Positions 30,321 to 39,281 of a DNA stretch of 64,000 nt are shown piece by piece; within the stretch, counting starts at the first letter, position 1, and the number at the start of each line of letters is the position of its first letter. The notes under the pieces are model-generated. The model had not been told where the DNA came from and made no database searches. It worked only from the letters and a program-made list of their open reading frames with translations. The stretch lies in NCBI GenBank assembly GCA_046293175.1, contig JBKBPM010000001.1, positions 427,446 through 491,445 on the forward strand, written 5' to 3'. Source of the DNA: Minisyncoccia bacterium (GTDB taxonomy: Bacteria; Patescibacteriota; Minisyncoccia; Phycocordibacterales; UBA918). A program made the position numbers and the translations under genes.

Positions 30321-31583
30321 TTAATAGCTTACGTAGTATGTGATGTTGGCAGAATCAGTCAGACCCTGCACAAAAGTAGTGGCTTCGGTTTGAAACTTTT
30401 GTTGTTTGAGCTGGTTTTTAATAGCGTCTGCAAACTCCGTCTCAGTCATAGCCTCTGGTTTTTCAATACCTGCGGTTTTTGCGTAAGTAGTCACTTCTTC
30501 ATCGGTTATAACCAGTTTATCGGCAATAGCTTCCTCGATACCTTTTTGGGTTTTAATTTGCTCACGGAGTATAGCTAGCGTCATACCTTGTTGCTCCAGG
30601 ACTGCTTCAAGCGTTCCCCCTTGACCCTTCACATTTTCTTCAATCAGTTTGATCTCAGCGTCAACTACCGACTCTTCAATAACAATGTCTTTTTCAGCTA
30701 AAGCATTTGTTAATAGTTTTTCCTGAATGACAGCTTCTAGAGCTTTTTCACCTCCTTGTTTTTCAAGCTCGCTGATAATAGCTAGGCGACTAATGGGTGA
30801 TCCATTAACGGTCGCAGCGACTATATAGCCACGCGTAAAAAGGAATGCTCCTACCACTAGTATGATAGCGGTAAAACCAGCTCCAATGAGAGCGAGTTGT
30901 CGGTAGGTTAGATTAACAGTACCGGTTTTGGTTGCGGTGGTAACTGGTTCAGTAGTGGCTATATTTTTTACATCTGCTACAACAGCATTGTTTGGTTCCA
31001 TAACGAGTTTTGTTTTAATTGTTTTTGTTACATTTCTGGTTAATTTTTGATGGGCTATCCACGCGAGGAGCAAGACGGTACTAAAGATCAATACCCCCAT
31101 AAATGGAATGGTGATAAAACCAAACACCAGTATTGGCGAATCGGTACAAGCTGGCAGTAGTCCACCATAGCTACAGGGTAGCGTTAGTTTGTTACCGAGG
31201 ACAAAACCCTGAAAGTGATAGTAGTAGTGATAGCTCGCAAAGAATAATCCAATTGCAGCTAAAATTGCTACCGTGAGGTGAGCTTCTTTTGTTTTCTTCC
31301 ACACTGCGACAAGTGTAATGATTTCAATCGGGTAGAGGAAAATTCGTTGCCACCAGCATAATTCACAGACCGGAGTTTTATATACGAATTGATATATAAG
31401 TGAGGTGAGGGTTGCCAAGAGCGCAATACTACCGATTGCAATCAACCATCGCTCATACTCAATCTGCATTACCTTTGCTCGGTAGCGCGAACTGCATACG
31501 ATCGATAGGACAAGAGTAACTGTAGCCGCAAACATGACCAGCGCACCGATACTTAAGAGTAGAGAATAGAAATCAAGAGACAT
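30321..31583 (-). CDS. DsbB-like protein in frame with a SurA/PrsA N-terminal-domain protein
   Basis: CELCWWQRIF plus second Cys pair; AATVNGSPIS in C-terminal half; internal ATG at 31001. Confidence 0.75.
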   Translation of the reverse strand: MSLDFYSLLLSIGALVMFAATVTLVLSIVCSSRYRAKVMQIEYERWLIAIGSIALLATLTSLIYQFVYKTPVCELCWWQRIFLYPIEIITLVAVWKKTKEAHLTVAILAAIGLFFASYHYYYHFQGFVLGNKLTLPCSYGGLLPACTDSPILVFGFITIPFMGVLIFSTVLLLAWIAHQKLTRNVTKTIKTKLVMEPNNAVVADVKNIATTEPVTTATKTGTVNLTYRQLALIGAGFTAIILVVGAFLFTRGYIVAATVNGSPISRLAIISELEKQGGEKALEAVIQEKLLTNALAEKDIVIEESVVDAEIKLIEENVKGQGGTLEAVLEQQGMTLAILREQIKTQKGIEEAIADKLVITDEEVTTYAKTAGIEKPEAMTETEFADAIKNQLKQQKFQTEATTFVQGLTDSANITYYVSY

Positions 31584-31594
31584 ATTTGGTTGCC

Positions 31595-32278
31595 TTATTC
31601 GGTAATTCCAAACTCCACATTACTTCCAAGCTCAGCATCAATAAGTGCTTTAAAGGCTTCAAGACCGTTGGGGTTTTGAATCTTCTTACCATTAAGGTAA
31701 AACGATGGGGTGCCCGTGTTACCAAGTTGCTCACCTGCAGCAAAGTCACGCTGGACACGAGCTTTTACCTCAGGCGAAGCGACATCTGCTTTGAATTGCT
31801 CCATATTCAATCCTAACTGCTCTGCGTACACTTCAAATACTGCTGGGGTAGGAGCTGGTTTTTCGCCCCAGCTCTTTTGTTCAGTAAAGAGCAAATCGTG
31901 CATCTCCCAATATTTACCTTGTCTACCTGCGGCCTCTACCGCTAACGCGGCGGTCATACTGTTACGATGACTTGGTAGTGGAAAATAACGGGTCACAATT
32001 TTAAGGTCGTTCGGGTACGCTTTTGCCAATTCCTGCACGACTGGAAAATATGCTCCACACGCTTCACATTCAAAGTCGAGGTATTCGACCAGAGTTACCG
32101 GTGCTCCAAGGTTGCCTTTAATATAATCGTCAGGTGCAATCGCAAGCAATGTTGCACTATCAGCAGTGGTCACCGCTTTCTTTTCCGTACCAGCAGAAGC
32201 CGCCCAAATAAAACTACCGATAATCAGACCGATAATACCAACCCATAGCCATGTTCCGTTTGAAGTTTTTGTACTCAT
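31595..32278 (-). CDS. DsbA-family thiol-disulfide oxidoreductase
   Basis: EYLDFECEAC, GTPSF. Confidence 0.88.
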   Translation of the reverse strand: MSTKTSNGTWLWVGIIGLIIGSFIWAASAGTEKKAVTTADSATLLAIAPDDYIKGNLGAPVTLVEYLDFECEACGAYFPVVQELAKAYPNDLKIVTRYFPLPSHRNSMTAALAVEAAGRQGKYWEMHDLLFTEQKSWGEKPAPTPAVFEVYAEQLGLNMEQFKADVASPEVKARVQRDFAAGEQLGNTGTPSFYLNGKKIQNPNGLEAFKALIDAELGSNVEFGITE

Positions 32279-32306
32279 AATTTTATTCTTGTTTTACTTT
32301 AGTAAG

Positions 32307-32852
32307 TCATGTTGTCTGACAGACATTTGATTGTGTCAGGGCTCGTAATTGTTGATTGATGGCAAACATAAGGATACTGATACTTAAGAGGGTTAACTCC
32401 TTGCCGCCAAAAGGTAAAAAGAGTGCAATTGATGCCAATCCGATACTACTCCCTAGTCCACTTAAGATAAGCGAACCACAAGCTGCACATCCCAGCCCAA
32501 TGGCACCACTACTGATTCCTAGTCCACCTACTGCCGCTTGTTTGGCGAGTGATTGCCTTTTATTTCGACGATACGAATACGCCATAAGCGCAGTCAGGAT
32601 TCCCACCAGCACTGCAATAGCAAGCGTCGTAACCAGTGAAAACACTGTAAAGTTCGTGAAGACACTGGTCAATAACGTGAGAAGAAATACAAGACTGTCA
32701 ACCAACCCGAACGCCCCTGCATTAATAACAGTACGAATGAGTGACCACTGCTGTACCCATATCAACAGCACCATAAGAAACGTGGCTATACCAAGAACAA
32801 TGCTCGTATAAAGCGGTTCTTGAAGTATTCGTACCAACATCTGTCTTTTCAT
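32307..32852 (-). CDS. Membrane protein with GCAACG motif
   Basis: 4-5 TM with CxxC in TM region, between two dsbA genes. Confidence 0.7.
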   Translation of the reverse strand: MKRQMLVRILQEPLYTSIVLGIATFLMVLLIWVQQWSLIRTVINAGAFGLVDSLVFLLTLLTSVFTNFTVFSLVTTLAIAVLVGILTALMAYSYRRNKRQSLAKQAAVGGLGISSGAIGLGCAACGSLILSGLGSSIGLASIALFLPFGGKELTLLSISILMFAINQQLRALTQSNVCQTT

Positions 32853-32857
32853 ACAAT

Positions 32858-33622
32858 TTATTCTGCCCCCAATGCCGCATCAATTAGTTGCTGTATTGCT
32901 GCTTGTGGTAAAGCTCCATTAAGGGGATATTTTTTACCATCTGGACCTACCACGATACTCCACGGCGTGCCGCGTCCGCCAGTAGCAATCGCATTTTGTA
33001 CATGGGCTTCAACCGTAGCCGCATGACGACCACTAGCAAGACACTCATTGAAGGCTGTGACGTTAAGACCTGCGTAGGCAGCGATTTTTGGTAATTCAGC
33101 CACATCTAGCCCATCATTAGCTGGAGTGATTTCCATCATTCGATCAAGGTACTTCCAGAAGCCATCGTTGCCACCAAGCTCAGCTGCACATTCGGTTGCT
33201 TCAGCTTCTTTGCGTGCTTTTTGATGGAGTTGATCAAGCGGAAAGTGTCGATAGACCCACGCTACGTTTCTTTTATTTTTTGGATCATCAACAATCGCCT
33301 GCATCGTGCTGTGAAAACGCTTACAAAATGGACACTCCGTATCGGAATACTCAACAATTTTTACTGGCGCATTTATGTCACCTTTAATATGGTCAATCGC
33401 TGTAACCGGCGTCATGCTATCTAGCTGAGCCGCAGTCGGACCAGTATCAGCTGGTGCGGTTGGGGGTTGATTTACCGCTACTGGTTTTGACACTGTAGCA
33501 CTTTGACCACTGGTAAATATCACCGCCCCGGCAATCAACATCGCCCCACCCAGAATAGCGAGTGGTATGAGATACGGTTGTATGTTTAGTTTTTTATTTT
33601 GTGTTGTGATGTTATCTTCCAT
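32858..33622 (-). CDS. DsbA-family thiol-disulfide oxidoreductase
   Basis: EYSDTECPFC, GTPW. Confidence 0.88.
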   Translation of the reverse strand: MEDNITTQNKKLNIQPYLIPLAILGGAMLIAGAVIFTSGQSATVSKPVAVNQPPTAPADTGPTAAQLDSMTPVTAIDHIKGDINAPVKIVEYSDTECPFCKRFHSTMQAIVDDPKNKRNVAWVYRHFPLDQLHQKARKEAEATECAAELGGNDGFWKYLDRMMEITPANDGLDVAELPKIAAYAGLNVTAFNECLASGRHAATVEAHVQNAIATGGRGTPWSIVVGPDGKKYPLNGALPQAAIQQLIDAALGAE

Positions 33623-34001
33623 ACCATTGTTTTAACCATTCTTCCATCGTAGTAATTTCTTCAGTTTGGGTTTCAATAATCGCTTCAGCCATCGCTTTTA
33701 GTTCTGGTCGTTTGGTCTCATTAACCACCATCTCTGCCATCGCAACCGCTCCTTTATGGTGTTCAATCATTCCCTCAATAAAAGCAAGGTCGAGAGCGTT
33801 TCCAGTTTTATTTTCTAGTCGTTTGGGCATCTCATTCGTAGTCGTAGTCGTACTCATGCTGTTACTTCCCATGGTACCTATGTCATTCTCCAAGGAAGCC
33901 ATCGGTTCAGGGGTATTAGGTTCGCCAGATGAGAAATAGAGAGTAGTGAGTACTCCGAGTGTAAAAGATGCAGCTACAGCAATAATCGTTAGTCGATTCA
34001 T
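33612..34001 (-). CDS. DUF305 protein
   Basis: FIEGMIEHHKGAVAMA, QTEEI. Confidence 0.82.
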   Translation of the reverse strand: MNRLTIIAVAASFTLGVLTTLYFSSGEPNTPEPMASLENDIGTMGSNSMSTTTTTNEMPKRLENKTGNALDLAFIEGMIEHHKGAVAMAEMVVNETKRPELKAMAEAIIETQTEEITTMEEWLKQWYGR

Positions 34002-34052
34002 ATGTTTTAGTTACATTAATAAAACCACTTTCGTGGCTATAGCGCGTGTTAA

Positions 34053-34499
34053 CTAAAATAATTTTGGATGGAGGATACCTTGTGAAAACAAATCACTATA
34101 AAAATCGTACGCACGATTAGTATAAACGGCAGGAACGGTAATGTCCCGCGAGCGCTTGAGGTAATACGTTAAAATGAACGGGAAATGTCCTACTGTCATT
34201 CGTAAGCGGTGTAAGTGTTTTTTCCCAATAAATAATGCGAGTAATACGAGGAGGATGCTCGCTTTGGCTGGTGTGACAGTTAGTAAATGCTGCCACGCTT
34301 CAATGTGTTCAAGTGGACTCATTGAACAGAGAGATGTGCTGTCCCTATCCATAAGCGGACAGCCTGGCATCGTAATTTCTGACATTGCCATACCTTTGAT
34401 ATGCAAATAGGCAAATACAAATGTTGAAAATACTGCCACTAAGAATAGTACTGCGATTACTTTTCGTATGCTGTTCGTGACTCGAAACATAAATCCCAC
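34053..34499 (-). CDS. Hypothetical membrane protein heading the redox/metal operon
   Basis: TM, MPGCPLM..LCSMSPLEH, C-terminal GILHPKLF. Confidence 0.6.
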   Translation of the reverse strand: MGFMFRVTNSIRKVIAVLFLVAVFSTFVFAYLHIKGMAMSEITMPGCPLMDRDSTSLCSMSPLEHIEAWQHLLTVTPAKASILLVLLALFIGKKHLHRLRMTVGHFPFILTYYLKRSRDITVPAVYTNRAYDFYSDLFSQGILHPKLF

Positions 34500-34542
34500 T
34501 AATTATATAGTAAATCTCATTTTTTTCTATCTCAATTTGAGC

Positions 34543-35871
34543 TTATGTAACAGTATAAAGTGTGATTTTCTTTTGACTTAACAGTATGGAAGACTTGAAA
34601 CAACTCATGATTTCACGTTTTTCTTCCACTGATCCGTCTTTTAGCAGAAACTTTATATATCGCTTGATATCGATATCACCGACCTCAAAATTAAGGTCTT
34701 GCCCAAGTAGCGATAGCTCAAATCTTTTATACCTTGTCACTTCTGAGACAATCTTCTTCTGAACAGAAGTTTCATTGATCTGTACTCCATCAATCAGAGC
34801 TTGAAGCTGTTTAACTAGATCAGACTCAGCTATATACCCGCACTTGCAGTTCTTATCTCTCGCCTTCGTACAGCCATAGTAGATATGGGCTTTGATACTT
34901 CCATTCTTTAGCTTCTTGTATTTCTCGTCAGCGCTTATACCTGAACCACATAGTCCACAAGTCATAAGCTTGGTGAATGCAAATTCCTTCTCTTGTCTAG
35001 TCTTCAATTCGTTGCCTTTCAACTGGCTCTGCACCTGATCAAATAGTTCTTTGGTGATGAGCGGTGGGTGTTTTCCGTTATACCAATTACCTGATTTCTT
35101 TGGATACTCAAACACACCGTAGTAGAAGGGATTTTCTAGTAGCTTGTATATATTACCGAGACTGAGCGGTTTCTTGCTCGGTAAGGCCTTGAAATTAATA
35201 TCGAATTTTAGCCAGTGATATAACTTTCTTCCACTCCATTTCTCATACGCCACTTTCTCAAACATTTGCTTAACCACATGACCGCGTTCAGTGTCTATGT
35301 ACGTCTCACACTTTCGATCCATGCGTTTTTCTTTAAGGTAGCCAGTTGGTGCAGGTGCGGGCCAGAGTCCCATTTCAACTCTAGTTTTTAGACCTCGTTT
35401 AACATTGATACTTTTATTGTCGTTCTCAAGCTTAGCTTGAGAACACAAAATCATCAGAAGGAACTTTTCACTCGGTGTATTGGTAAATGTCTGTCCGTAT
35501 GTACGTATCTCACGAAGTAAATGTTGATCCATAAGATCAACCAGTGAACCGAGGTCGCCAGCGTTACGACTGAGACGATCTGGATGCCAAACGATAATCC
35601 CGTTAAATCGCTCTCGTCGTATATCTTCCAGTATTTCCTTGAAGACAGGTCGTTGTCCTGAATCTTTAGCGGAGTGTGACTCTCGTCTAATCTCCACAAT
35701 ATCTAACTGTTCTCGCTCCGCGATTGCCAACATCTCCTTAACTTGCGAGTCAATTGAAAGGGCTTGTTTTTCATCTGATTCGGTACTTTTGCGTGCGTAT
35801 AGTAAGTACCTAACTGGCACCTTGGGTACATCTGTTTTAACTCCAAAATTATTCATTACCTGTGTTTCCAT
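34543..35871 (-). CDS. Large serine recombinase (resolvase, recombinase and Zn-ribbon domains)
   Basis: YARKST catalytic Ser; DRLSRN; G.W...APTGY; NPFYYG; CGLCG...YYGC. Confidence 0.93.
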   Translation of the reverse strand: METQVMNNFGVKTDVPKVPVRYLLYARKSTESDEKQALSIDSQVKEMLAIAEREQLDIVEIRRESHSAKDSGQRPVFKEILEDIRRERFNGIIVWHPDRLSRNAGDLGSLVDLMDQHLLREIRTYGQTFTNTPSEKFLLMILCSQAKLENDNKSINVKRGLKTRVEMGLWPAPAPTGYLKEKRMDRKCETYIDTERGHVVKQMFEKVAYEKWSGRKLYHWLKFDINFKALPSKKPLSLGNIYKLLENPFYYGVFEYPKKSGNWYNGKHPPLITKELFDQVQSQLKGNELKTRQEKEFAFTKLMTCGLCGSGISADEKYKKLKNGSIKAHIYYGCTKARDKNCKCGYIAESDLVKQLQALIDGVQINETSVQKKIVSEVTRYKRFELSLLGQDLNFEVGDIDIKRYIKFLLKDGSVEEKREIMSCFKSSILLSQKKITLYTVT

Positions 35872-36005
35872 TATTAATTAATGACAGACCTGCACGAGGT
35901 GCATAGCTATGCAGACTAAGAAAAACGTCACGTACTCGTCTTTAAGCCTTAGCAAAACAGCAAACATGCGATAGAGTGAAATCGGTAGCAAAAACTGCTA
36001 TTATT

Positions 36006-36154
36006 GACCGACAACACCTAAACCAGAAAGCAATTTCTGGCATGGTGCAAAGAAATCCTACGCAAATAGAAACGGCCACATAAGCCGGCACTTATTTGCG
36101 TAGGTTCGCTCTCGAAAGGGAGCGGGATAATTCCGAAAGGGGTTGTCGTCGGTC
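36006..36154 (+). ncRNA. Putative multi-branched structured RNA
   Basis: Closing stem GACCGAC/GTCGGTC enclosing four arms, three capped by GNRA loops (GCAA, GAAA, GAAA), G-U pairs on + strand. Confidence 0.55.
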
Positions 36155-36418
36155 TTGCGTGGCCATTTGTGTTACCACATAACCGACGACTGGATTGACC
36201 GCTACCCACAAATGTATCGTTGGAAAGGCTACGAGGATGAAGTACCCGACAAGATTAGAGCCTGTATTCGCTGTTACCGCTATACAGGCTCATTTCTTGG
36301 GTACTTGTTTAAAACCTTGGAATACTCAGCAAGAGGCAAACCGCCCTGGGTTTCATTAGATGACAGGATACTGGACGGAGCTAAAACAAGGATTGAGTAT
36401 GTTCGAGCGGAAGAATAA
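36143..36418 (+). CDS. Small hypothetical protein (start uncertain)
   Basis: 91-codon ORF followed by hairpin AATAGTTACAG-acga-CTGTAACTATT. Confidence 0.35.
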   Translation: MSSVLRGHLCYHITDDWIDRYPQMYRWKGYEDEVPDKIRACIRCYRYTGSFLGYLFKTLEYSARGKPPWVSLDDRILDGAKTRIEYVRAEE

Positions 36419-36572
36419 ATAGTTACAGACGACTGTAACTATTTACTGCAATCCTGTGTAACTTTTGTCACTTTTTTGAGCACGAGACGCGTCGAAATAG
36501 TAGACTAAAAAGTAGCCAAACCATCAAGCAGGACTTGACCGTCCACGGTTCTTGCCCGAGACCCGCCGCAGT

Positions 36573-37147
36573 ATGAAAACAAAATACATTTTGCATGGTG
36601 GTTTTACATGCAAAGATAATGATTTAAACGCATCGTTCTTTCACGAATTCACTTCCGATATTCCCACTGACGCAAAAATCTTAATGGTCTTCTTTGCTTC
36701 AGGTGATGAAGATAAAACTAGTACCTACAATGAACTTATTGAGAAAATTTCAAAGTCAAAACCATATTCTCAGTTTTCGTTCATATTGCCATCACAGAAG
36801 ATTTTGAAACCGATTGTAGTAATGCTGATGCAATTTACTTTCATGGTGGGAACACACCTACTCTACTTGCTGCCTTAAAAGATTATGGCGATATTGAAAG
36901 ATTGTTTACAGGAAAGACGGTAGCTGGTTCTTCTGCTGGCGCATACATGCTCTCGGCATATGGTGCTGCCCACACATCTGAGCATTTCCGGCAAGGATTG
37001 GGTATCCTTAATGTTCGTGTCATTTGTCATTTTGAAAGTACCGAATTGCCACCAAGTCCAACATCACTAGCTGAAATTTATTCCACCCATCTTGATCTAC
37101 CGCTCGTTGTGTTACGCGATTGTGAATCAAAAGTATTTTTCAAATAG
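36573..37147 (+). pseudogene. Frameshifted peptidase S51 (PepE-like)
   Basis: YILHGG N-terminus in one frame; after ~36785 continues in another frame as ...ADAIYFHGGNT...VAGSSAGA...GLGI..VICHF. Confidence 0.75.
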
Positions 37148-37185
37148 TGAAAGGCAACAAAGTCTATATGGTTAGAGGGCGTTCG

Positions 37186-37743
37186 TTACCATCCAACCCA
37201 ACTGTCATAAAAGTAAAACCCAAGGTACGCGAGCGCGATGTTGTAGATCATGTTCCCAATGGTCAAGGGAATAATGATACGTCGATACGAAAAACCCATA
37301 AGAGTCAGGGAGGCCACGATAAAATCATTTGAAAATGGTGAAATAGTGCCGTAAAGCATAAGCCCTGGAGTGAGGAGACGTGGATGGCGTGCCAGTACGT
37401 ATGATACTGAAGTAAGCCATGTTTCTATGCGTCCACTCACTGCCCTCTTCGCTTCTCGACTAAAGAGATAGGTGGTTGAGTCCCCAACCATCACACCACA
37501 CGCCGTAGCTACACCAAGGAGCCACGGGGTGGCACCACCGGCAGCTAGCCCCATCAGGACAAGGTGGTACGGAATTCCCGTAAAGGTTGATAATCCGCCA
37601 ATCATCCCGAGGAGAAACATCAGAAGCGGCGCTCGTTCGATACCAACATACGCAATAATCGTATCGGTGGAAATGGTCGCAAACAGGAGACCAATCCCGA
37701 TAAAGGTTACCACTGCCAACACTGGAAGGATGAACTTCGGCAT
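37186..37743 (-). CDS. DedA/VTT-like membrane protein
   Basis: GVMVGDSTTY, TISPFSND, re-entrant-type hydrophobic pattern. Confidence 0.65.
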   Translation of the reverse strand: MPKFILPVLAVVTFIGIGLLFATISTDTIIAYVGIERAPLLMFLLGMIGGLSTFTGIPYHLVLMGLAAGGATPWLLGVATACGVMVGDSTTYLFSREAKRAVSGRIETWLTSVSYVLARHPRLLTPGLMLYGTISPFSNDFIVASLTLMGFSYRRIIIPLTIGNMIYNIALAYLGFYFYDSWVGW

Positions 37744-37746
37744 AAA

Positions 37747-39279
37747 CTACGGACGACGTGGCCGCTCGGGCAAGATTTCAAGAGAGGTTAGCTCTTTTTT
37801 GTGGTCACGTACCCGATCGATAGTGAACATCACACGCTCTCCCACCAGCGCCTCTGATACCAACGGACTTGTCGACGCGGTGGCACTAACCACTATCGTT
37901 TCTTTTTGACGCATCCGGATAGTTAGCGTATCGCCGTCTACGGCCACTACTTGTCCAAATAGTATCGGTTGCTTTTTTTCGGTGAAGTACGGTACGTACC
38001 ACAATGCTGGAATTAGAGCAAAAAATAGTGCCGCCGCCACAAACAACCACCAGGCTTGTGTGTGGTGAGGCTCAGTCCGTTTAATCTCGCGTTCGAGCCA
38101 ATCAAAGACCTTCGCTGCGACATTAACCGGTGTCCCCTGTAGGGGGTCATGGTGGAGGTTGATAAACGGCACCGAGTTACACTCGATAATCCCCCAGCGC
38201 ACGGTCGCCGGATCAGCCGATACATCAGTTGAGATGAAGTCAAAACCAATAATTGGATCGTCAACTGCTTCGGCGGCTTTATCAAACCATTTAAGTAAAT
38301 CTGGGTGTGTCACATCAATCATCTCGCGACTCATACCGCCATAAGAAAGACCAATCTTTTCACTGAGATCAATGGTCTCACCGGCCGGAATGACTGAATC
38401 AAGCGTAAGACCCAAGGTGGTCAAAAAAGTATCAAGCTTCTCTGTGTACTTGACCGGGCCTTGTTGCGGGTCACGGGTCGCATTTTTGTGTTCTATCAAA
38501 TCACGGACGGTGCTGTGTCCATCGCCTGTCACACGTGGCGGATCCCCAGCGAGAATACCCTCGACCTTACCATCAACACAGGTGGCACGATACACACTCC
38601 CGACGAGATGTTCTTCTACAATCACCGGCCACGAGAGCTGGCGGGCTTGGCGATAAGCGCGCTTGAGGTCAGCTAAGGTCGCAATATGGGTGGTCGTATG
38701 GCGACCACGAGAACCAAAACGTGGTTTTACAATCACGGGTTTTTCTAGACCCTGAAATACCTTCTTCGCACCCCACCAGGAGTACACCACCTTCCCTTTT
38801 GATACTGGTATCCCATGCTCTATGAGACGTTTTTTTAAGAGCCACTTATCATCAATCCAGCCACAGGCAACCTTTTGGACTCGATCAAGACGGGGGACTC
38901 CAGCAAAGATAAAACTTTTTCCGAGTATCGTAAGACGATAGGTGTCATGCCGACGTTTCCCGACCTTAAGTACTTCCATGGTGTAGCCGCGACTATGCGC
39001 CTCGGCAGCCAAGACTCCGCTACGATCGACCACAAATGGTGGCAGCATCGGTTCAAAGGTCACAAAACCGAGGCGCTGCCCCATCCACAAAAAAACCGCA
39101 AACAATCCATCAATAAAAAGGAGGAGTGGTCGTCCAAGCCACGAGGAGAGTACCCACTGCATCATCGGGTTGAGGACGAGAAAAGCAAATGCATCCACTT
39201 GTGCTGCACTGTGTGAGGTTGGATTGTTGCCACACCACAAACACTGATTCTTTTTGACTGCTGTTTCGTTGACCGCCAT
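37747..39279 (-). CDS. ATP-grasp protein resembling the cyanophycin synthetase/GshAB ATP-grasp domain, with C-terminal TM extension
   Basis: DDKWLLK, VKPRFGSRGRH, IVEEH, PPRVTGDG, IECNSVP. Confidence 0.75.
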   Translation of the reverse strand: MAVNETAVKKNQCLWCGNNPTSHSAAQVDAFAFLVLNPMMQWVLSSWLGRPLLLFIDGLFAVFLWMGQRLGFVTFEPMLPPFVVDRSGVLAAEAHSRGYTMEVLKVGKRRHDTYRLTILGKSFIFAGVPRLDRVQKVACGWIDDKWLLKKRLIEHGIPVSKGKVVYSWWGAKKVFQGLEKPVIVKPRFGSRGRHTTTHIATLADLKRAYRQARQLSWPVIVEEHLVGSVYRATCVDGKVEGILAGDPPRVTGDGHSTVRDLIEHKNATRDPQQGPVKYTEKLDTFLTTLGLTLDSVIPAGETIDLSEKIGLSYGGMSREMIDVTHPDLLKWFDKAAEAVDDPIIGFDFISTDVSADPATVRWGIIECNSVPFINLHHDPLQGTPVNVAAKVFDWLEREIKRTEPHHTQAWWLFVAAALFFALIPALWYVPYFTEKKQPILFGQVVAVDGDTLTIRMRQKETIVVSATASTSPLVSEALVGERVMFTIDRVRDHKKELTSLEILPERPRRP

Positions 39280-39281
39280 AC

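Larger units (their letters stand above)
25071..36492. mobile_element. Putative integrative island (metal/redox cargo plus large serine recombinase)
   Basis: 14-bp direct repeat AGCACGAGACGCGT at 25071-25084 and 36479-36492; starts 10 bp after tRNA-Ser; recombinase near right end. Confidence 0.7.

Noticed and set aside
35892-35898. GCACGAG (part of the att core) upstream of the recombinase
   Set aside because: Only 7 bp, which is expected by chance.
36420-36560. Duplicated tRNA 3' end as attR
   Set aside because: Not present; the only repeat found lies downstream of the tRNA.
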